A stretch of 64,000 nucleotides of DNA from Paraspadella gotoi (taxonomy: Eukaryota > Animalia > Chaetognatha): positions 8,953,709 to 9,017,708 of the forward strand of contig CM119267.1 of assembly GCA_051294375.1 (NCBI GenBank), given 5' to 3'. A program made the position numbers and the translations under genes. Below are positions 56,505-64,000 of this stretch, one piece after another. Each line of letters opens with the position of its first letter. Within the stretch, counting starts at the first letter, position 1. Under the pieces are notes generated by a model. It saw nothing but the letters and a program-made list of their open reading frames with translations, had not been told where the DNA came from and made no database searches.

Positions 56505-57722
56505 TAACCACCTTTGTTTTTGAATAATCGATTGANNNNNNNNNNNNNNNNNNNNNNNNNGAGAAAAACGTTTACAGCAAAAATCGACTGTTTTTGTTGT
56601 CGTTGTCGCTGTTCAACGTCGTTTTTTATTGCGTTAAAATAAAAACGTTTCGTTACAAGAGATCGTAACGCGATTAAGTTTTGTGTTTTCGTGTTTTCTT
56701 TTCTCCTCTCCCTTTTTTTCTTTCCTTTCTTTTTTCCAAACTTCCTTTTTATCCCTATTGTTTTTTTTTCAGTTTCCTTATTTTTCCTATTTTTTTCTTT
56801 CATTTTCCCTTCGCCTTTTCTCTCGTTTACTCTCCCTTTTCCCCGCCCTCCTAAAAAAAGGTATATTACGGCGTGACACGTTGGCGTTATGGCTCAGCCG
56901 GTTGCCAGCCGCTTTCCGGCCGCCGCCGGCCTTTTCGCCCCAAGCGCCATCTATTAAACGGCGGGGGAAAAGAGGTGGAAGGACTGCGAACAAGAGAACA
57001 ACCGCGGGAAGGAAAGGCCGCTCTGTCTCTTTCCCGATTGCCCCCTTTCAGTTTCAAATTTTTTTATCGAAACATTTTTTTTTTTAATTTCCCCCAAATA
57101 CTTATAAATTTTAAATAAGTATAACTTTACTTTTGTCATCTTTTTTGACAAATACATTTTTTCCGCCATTTTGTGCCTGCACACTTTTTTGTTCGTCTTC
57201 GTCGTCGTCATTGTCGCATTTGTAATCTCCGTGCGGCGATGAAAGGCGAATTGGGGTCAGGTAAACGCGGACCAAGAATTTTCAATGTTTCCGACTGAAA
57301 GAAAAAAAATGGTGGAGAGGAAGGGATGGTGGAGAGGGAGGGTGGATGGTATGTTTAGCTGAGGAACTTATAAATTTTTGTTACTCCACAATGCTCGAAC
57401 CGTTTTTTTTTCTTCGTAATACTATACGAATTTTTTTACATTATCTAATTAATTATCTCAGAATGAGCACGAATGGAATTCTTGCACTTGTTGAAAAGCG
57501 TGTCATTTTCTTTCGCTCTTCTCACACCGTTGTTGAGGTTCGCTTCTTTCTTTTATTACCAATACAAAAAACTAATATCATCGGTCTGACTTTCACCCCG
57601 TCGCTCACCCCGTCGCTTACATCCTACGATCGCCACCCACTCGCTTGAGCTTCTCTAATCTCCACCCACGTCTAGAGAAGACACTCAGATATTCACCGAC
57701 ACGGTTTCCATGACTTATCGGA

Positions 57723-57756
<34 letters not shown>

Positions 57757-57931
57757 GTGTCCTCTCTCTCTCCTTATGTATCTGGGAAGGTCAGATAGCA
57801 GCACGACAGAAGAAAGAGAGAGAGAAACGATGAAACTGGTTGCGACATGTTTGGCACACCCTACTGAAAAATTATTCTAAACCGTTCATGAAGCATCATC
57901 TCTTCCCTGAAATAGAAAGAAGAAAGAAAAG

Positions 57932-57990
<59 letters not shown>

Positions 57991-59485
57991 AGAGATGAGA
58001 GAGAGAGAGAGACAACAGAGAGCAGGAGCAGCATGTCAAAAACTGGCAATAGTGTTCTCAAGACAAAACAATTTGTTTTTTTCCTGTCTCTTCTGTTTTC
58101 GATGACGTGGCTTAGCAGCGCCGTCGCTCAGCTCCGCCGCCGCCGCCGCCGCCGTCCGCCGGCGCGCCCGCGTTCCCTTCCGCCCCTTGTAGGATCAGCG
58201 GCGTGAAGGCTCCAGAGGGTCTCGTTCCCAATACGGACCCGTCGAAGAGGTCATGCCTCGTGGTCAATCGTCAACTCTGCTTCGGTCTCGACACAAACCG
58301 GAGGGAAAAAAAGGGAGAAAGGGGAAGAAGGAATGGGAAAAGGAGAGGAATTATAGGGAGTTAATGAAGGAGAGAGACTTTTTAAGGGAGAGAGGGAGTG
58401 TCGGCAATCAGGTCACGAGGAGTGACGTTGAGAATGGACGTACCGCGTTTCGTGAATGTGGAATCTCGCAGCGACGTCGTGTGCAGCGGCGGACGATAGT
58501 CGACGGGCGACGACCCTCTCCCTCCCGGCCGATGGGGCGGACGGGGGGGGACACGCCTCCTCTGCCGGCTCCACCTCTCTCATCGCTGGGGACAAGGATA
58601 ACGGCCTCTCGCATCCCCCTTCAATTGATTGTTTTCTCATCTCTCTCTCTCTCTCTCTCTCTCTCCCTCTTCTCTCTGATAACTACTACTTCTCTTTTAC
58701 AGTGTATCCATTCCCGACAATCCCCGTCGCCTCGGCCAGGATGCGGGCCACGGTTCCGCCCTCCCCCCCCCTTCCCCGCCTTTCTCGCCTCACAGGGCTC
58801 CTCTCCCTTTTAGCTTTTTTTTTTTATCAAGCCGTCAGAGGGTTTTTTTATTGTTATTTCCTGTTCCGTTCGTTGGATTTAAAAAGCTTGTCGTCTCTCC
58901 TCTCTCTCTCTCTCTCGCTCTCTCTCGATCTCTCTCGTCTCTCTCTCTCCTCTCGCTTCCCTTTCTTCCCCTGAGCGGAAAGTTCAAAATCCGCCCCGCC
59001 GCCGCGTCACCGGCCCTGCCGCCGACCTCCGCGATGCGGCCGAGACGCCATCATTTACTCCCCCCCCCCACCTCCGTCCATGTCGCACCAGGGGGCGCCG
59101 AGCGGCCTCCGCAAACCTCGACGCTGTCAGCGCCAACTCGGTAATTATCGCCGCTTCCGCTTTCGTCGCTCTCGGGCGTCAAACAGTTGTAATCGATACT
59201 CGCGCCACTGATGAAGTCGCCAGCGAATTCAGCGCCGCAGCCGTCGATACGGCGCCGCAGCAGGGAACGAAGCGACGAAATTCATTTCTTCTTCTTCTTC
59301 TCTCTTTCAATAAAACTAAAGGTCAACGAAAATAATAAAAAGAAGAAGAAAAGAAGAAGAAAAGATAAGAATAGAAATAAAAACCTGAAACCTCGAATTT
59401 CTCCGCGAAATTGAAATCGGAAACAAAAAATGAAAAAGTCTTCCGATTTTTCTTTTTTATCGGTTCAAATTTTCTTTCTTTTTTT

Positions 59486-59533
<48 letters not shown>

Positions 59534-60045
59534 TTTTTTTGGTCTCTCGTTTCCCCCATTTTTTTTCCTTCATCCGTCACTGAAGACGAACAGCAAAAGA
59601 GCAGACGATGACGAAGTTCAATCATAAAAAGAGATTTGTTTTTCTTTTTTTTTTCTTATTTTCAAAAATTCGATGGAAGGAGAAAAATCCGGAGAATATG
59701 GACGGAAATAAAGGAGAGATGGCGAAGAGGAAGATCGAGAATAAAGATCGTAGAGAATTTGAGTAAAATATAAGCCAGAGAAGATTGCAGGGCGAACGGT
59801 GATGCTGTGAAAATTTGGATAAGTTTGGAGAAAATNNNNNNNNNNNNNNNNNNNNNNNNNNNNNNNNNNNNNNNNNNNNNNNNNNNNNNNNNNNNNNNNN
59901 NNNNNNNNNNNNNNNNNNNNNNNNNNNNNNNNNNNNNNNNNNNNNNNNNNNNNNNNNNNNNNNNNNNNNNNNNNNNNNNNNNNNNNNNNNNNNNNNNNNN
60001 NNNNNNNNNNNNNNNNNNNNNNNNNNNNNNNNNNNNNNNNNNNNN

Positions 60046-60076
<31 letters not shown>

Positions 60077-60314
60077 AAAGAAATCTTATCAGTATACGGG
60101 GGCTTACTGGAAAAAGACGAACCAAGACGAAGTCTAAGAAAATAGAGAACTAAAAATAAAAGTGCAACGCGATTTCTATAAACCTGGATAAGTTTTAAAA
60201 TTGCATATGTAAACGGTAGCCCCTGTCGGTAAATGTCACACCCATTCTCTTCAAGTTTACCCTCCCCGCCCCCCCCCTTCGTTGTTCCCCCCCCACGTTC
60301 GTTTCTCTTCTTAC

Positions 60315-60426
60315 GAGTTGCATTTGATGGTGAATTAATTGCGTCGGTTGTCTCAGTTATCGTCGTCGTCTTTGTCGTCGTCATCCTCGTCGCCGCCTTG
60401 TTGAACGTGGCAGTCGGTTCTCGTGC
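60315..60426 (-). CDS. Candidate Thr-rich exon (AREPTATFNKAATRMTTTKTTTITETTDAINSPSNAT) of a minus-strand gene extending toward ~58100
   Basis: CAATTAG acceptor, C|GTAAGA donor, open frame; possible upstream exon MNSTMARESE|GTGGAT near 60735-60764. Confidence 0.4.
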
Positions 60427-60665
60427 CTAATTGGGTGTTTGATTAATCATGGGGTCTGATCTCTGTTTTTTACTCNNNNNNNNNNNNNNNNNNNNNNNNN
60501 NNNNNNNNNNNNNNNNNNNNNNNNNNNNNNNNNNNNNNNNNNNNNNNNNNNNNNNNNNNNNNNNNNNNNNNNNNNNNNNNNNNNNNNNNNNNNNNNNNNN
60601 NNNNNNNNNNNNNNNNNNNNNNNNNNNNNNNNNNNNNNNNNNNNNNNNNNNNNNNNNNNNNNNNN

Positions 60666-60700
<35 letters not shown>

Positions 60701-60899
60701 GTAAAGGGGGGGAGGCTTTTGGCTCCTAATCCACCTCAGATTCCCTTGCCATTGTTGAATTCATGATTAATTAGAAATTTTAATCCCAGAGATAAAAAGT
60801 TCGGATTAGCTCCTCCTCCTTCTTCGGCGCCGTGGTCGTCGTCGTCGTCGTCGTCGTCGTCTCAGCCGTCGAGGCAGCCTTGATGATCTCCCCCATTCA

Positions 60900-61300
60900 T
60901 CAAACCTCCCCACGCGCGCTCGTTCGGGCCGTTCAAGGACCCGACGCGCGGTCTCTCACGCGCGCGCGCGCCAACCCTTGGGTTTTTTTTTCCCTCTCCA
61001 CCCATCGCGAGCGACAGCGCGGGAAAAAAACCCCGGTCTATTGTAAACTCAGTTCGCGTTCTCTGCTATCCCCGCCCCTCACACACACACAATACTCGCG
61101 CGCGAGCACGCACGATCCGCGCGTGGCGCTTTTTCAATTTGCCGCGCATTGTGTTCGCTCGTCTGCGGGGTCGCGTCGAGGGGTCGAGGATCGGAACGAC
61201 GCGAACCGGAAACGTAGTCGCCGAGACGCTCGTTTGGCGAAAACGCCGGGGATGACGCGCGCTCCGGATGACGTTGACACGGCGGCGTCTTTATTTATTT
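60900..61300. promoter_or_regulatory. CGCG-rich candidate bidirectional promoter
   Basis: Dense CGCG island lying between divergent candidate genes. Confidence 0.3.
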
Positions 61301-61623
61301 ATTTTTTTTTAACGTTATTTTGATGACGACGACTATGACGATGACTACGTAGTTTTGCGTAATTCGATTCTACGGAATTTGAACGGGACATGGCGACTTC
61401 GGAGCGTTATTAGGTTGTTCGGTCGATCTTTCGTTTTTTTGTTTTTAAACAAGAATAATAGTCTTTGTCGTCGCCATTGTCGACTTCAGACTCGACTATA
61501 GACAATATTAGACATTCCCTATCAAATCTTAATCAATTAATGGCTTCGGTATTTTATTTATTAAAAATCTGTAACTTAATTAATCAATTAGTAGCTCAAG
61601 AAGAGACGCAGTGTTGGAAGGAT

Positions 61624-61654
<31 letters not shown>

Positions 61655-61742
61655 TGAACAGCTTCTCCGCGAAAATTTGAAGGATTTTCTTTTCTTGATC
61701 CAGATTCGTAGGCAGAAAGAAAGACAAATCGCGGGATGGAGA

Positions 61743-61829
<87 letters not shown>

Positions 61830-62375
61830 AGCAGACAGGCAGGGAAAAGAAATGGATGACGAGAGAAGAAAAGCGCAAAAAAAAATAGTTGATGAGAAGA
61901 AACAAGATCAAAAAAAAAGGCTGGAGGATCTCTGATGTTTCTCCATTCGTTTTCTTTGTTTTCGGTTGTGATTTTGTTTTCGTTTTGTTTTTTTTATTTT
62001 AGAGTGGAAAAAAAAATAATTCGGCCGCCTTTCCGTCTGTTTTTGTTATCGTCGTTTTATTCCTAATTTTGTTAAAAATTCTACGTTTACCGTAACTTAT
62101 TAAATTTTCCCGCCGAGCGAAAAAAAAAATTCTAAAATCACGATTAATTCGTAGAAAATCGCATTAATAGAATTAAGGTTTTTTTTGAGATTAAATTCAC
62201 TCATTTGGAAAAAATATCCTCTGATTAATTTTTTTTTCCTTATTTTTATTAATTGTTATGATTCAAGCCCAAACAAAATCAATAAAAAGATGACATCTGT
62301 GACATTCACAATTTTAAAATCGGCCATCGGCTAAATTCTTTGCCTTCTCGTCAATCCGGTTCTTTTAATCAATAT

Positions 62376-62562
62376 CCTCCTTCCATTTCCTACTTCCCTT
62401 TCCTCCTTCCATTTCCTCCTTCCATTTCCTACTTCCCTTTCCTCCTTCTATTTCCTCCTTTCATTTCCTTCTTCCCTTTCCTCCTTCAATTTCCTACTTC
62501 CATTTCCTACTTCCCTTTCCCCATACCATTTCCTCCTTCCATTTCCTACTTCCCTTTCCTCC
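62376..62562. repeat. 13-bp pyrimidine minisatellite with a 39-bp higher-order unit
   Basis: CCTCCTTCCATTT / CCTACTTCCCTTT monomers in a 3-monomer cycle, about 4.7 units. Confidence 0.9.
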
Positions 62563-62573
62563 AACCGATGCAG

Positions 62574-62906
62574 GCGTGTCGGAACCGGGAACTCTCTCCT
62601 CTATCCCTTCCTCCTCCTCTTCCTCCTCCTCTTGCCGACTGACCTGTCTCCAAACTCCTTCGTCCGCTCGCTCCCTCCCTTCCCTCCTCCATCCTTCCTC
62701 CAAAGATCCTTGCCCCGACTTCTCCGATCTTTCCTCCACCTCCTTCTTCTTGCCCCCGCCACCTTCCGCCCCGACCCCGACCAAAGTCTGCGACCAGGGC
62801 TTCGGGGTTCCGGGCGATCCTCGATCCCCGCCCAAAGCCCTCGCAGAGACCTCCCGGGTCGACGGGGCCTCGATCCCTTTGTCGTCCTCCTCCGGAGGTT
62901 CTCGAG
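62574..62906 (+). CDS. Internal exon, Ser/Pro-rich disordered segment of an unknown protein
   Basis: TGCAG acceptor, 333 nt open (phase 1-1), GAG|GTAGAT donor. Confidence 0.65.
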
Positions 62907-63060
62907 GTAGATTATATCTCTCGCCGTCTCGCTCTCCCTCGCGCTTGCGCTCGCTCTCTGTCTCGTGCTTTTTACTTGCCTCTTTATTGTGTCTTTTATT
63001 TTTTTGGTTGTTTTTTTCTTTTCAGTGCTCGTTTTTTTGAGAGCGTTTCGCCTCTCACTC

Positions 63061-63117
<57 letters not shown>

Positions 63118-63422
63118 TTCTTCTCGCATGTAACGTGTTCCGTGATTTCTTTTTCAATAATTACTATCACCTCCCTGTCTTTTCAAATTCTATCCTCCCA
63201 CCCCCGCTATAAAAACGTTAACTTCGCAACTTTTCAGTGTTTCTTTATAATCTACAGCGAGGATCGTCTACGTCTAGAAAACCAAGTTTCCGCTGTTTGA
63301 CAGCGACCAATCTATAAATAATTTTTATATAATTTTCGAAGTAGACATCTTTCGCTGTTATACTCGTTAGATTTATTTTTTCATCCTAATTTATCCGAAC
63401 GTCTCTCATTTTTTCTCTTCAG

Positions 63423-63813
63423 AATCTTCGACGAGGTTAAACGTTGTCCCATCGTCGACTTCCGACGCGTCCGACAACTCCGCTCCCGCCGCCGCCGCCG
63501 CCGCCCCAGCTCCCCCTGCACCCGCTGGCGAGGATCCCGAGGCGTCGGAGCATAAACCCGACGCAGACTCGCCAGCTGCCGACGCGGCTCTAGCCGACCC
63601 GCCTCCACCGGCTCCCGGCGTCGTCCCGGATAAAGCGGCGTCCAAGGCGGAGCCTGTCCCTTCCGCCGGTGCAGAGTCCAAACCTTCCGCCGGCGCAGCG
63701 TCCGTTTCTTCCGCCGGTTCAGCGTCCGTTCCTACCGCAGCAGCGGAGGCGAACTCGGAAGGTTCCTCCACGTCGGAAAACAACAGCATCTCTGGCGGTT
63801 CGTCGTCCTTGAG
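63423..63813 (+). CDS. Internal exon, Ala/Ser/Pro-rich (ESSTRLNVVPSSTSDASDNSAPAAAAAAPAPP…SISGGSSSL)
   Basis: TTTTCTCTTCAG acceptor, open frame phase 1-2, GAG|GTAAGG donor; phases match both neighbouring exons. Confidence 0.75.
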
Positions 63814-63913
63814 GTAAGGCTGAGGCAAAACTGAGGTGAGGTTACGAATTCGGTCGATCGTTTTTTTTCTCAACGACCGCCTCCCCCTCCCCCACGGCCG
63901 ATTTCCCTTCCAG

Positions 63914-64000
63914 CACCTTGCTCTCATACCGGCGGAGTCAGTCCCCGACGCAAGTGACTCCCTCCATCTCCGTCTCCGTGAACAACTTGGTCGCGGCGAC
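63914..64000 (+). CDS. Exon running off the window (STLLSYRRSQSPTQVTPSISVSVNNLVAA…)
   Basis: 100-nt GT-AG intron 63814-63913 with TTTCCCTTCCAG acceptor; frame stays open. Confidence 0.7.

Noticed and set aside
63406-63927. 173-aa minus-strand ORF
   Set aside because: Antisense shadow of the plus-strand exons, which have canonical phase-matched splice sites.
63914-64000. SISVSVNNL faintly recalls the HECTD1 'SASVPNL' region
   Set aside because: Too short and low-complexity to assign a gene symbol.

Overview
Eukaryotic (probably invertebrate animal) genomic scaffold. It is extremely rich in (AG/CT)n, (GAC/GTC)n and homopolymer tracts, rich in CpG, and has about 18 N gaps, eight of them exactly 25 N. 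Well over half of the window consists of indel-noisy near-duplicate blocks next to gaps, and two blocks are interleaved chimeras of two unrelated loci. This is the signature of long-read gap filling, so most six-frame ORFs are spurious. The real structure I can support is: (1) a ~2.9 kb Helentron/Helitron2-type non-autonomous element (HINE/DINE-1-like) present in one copy of a duplicated block, with the empty site visible in the other copy; (2) a ~620 bp almost loop-less palindromic MITE; (3) a ~1 kb TTAA-flanked TIR MITE; (4) a possible tRNA-type SINE with a 13-bp hairpin; (5) several minisatellites; (6) spliced exons of about five low-complexity protein genes with no recognisable domain, one with a possible eh1 motif. 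I found no prokaryotic genes, CRISPR arrays, rRNA or intact tRNA. All alignments and translations were done by eye.
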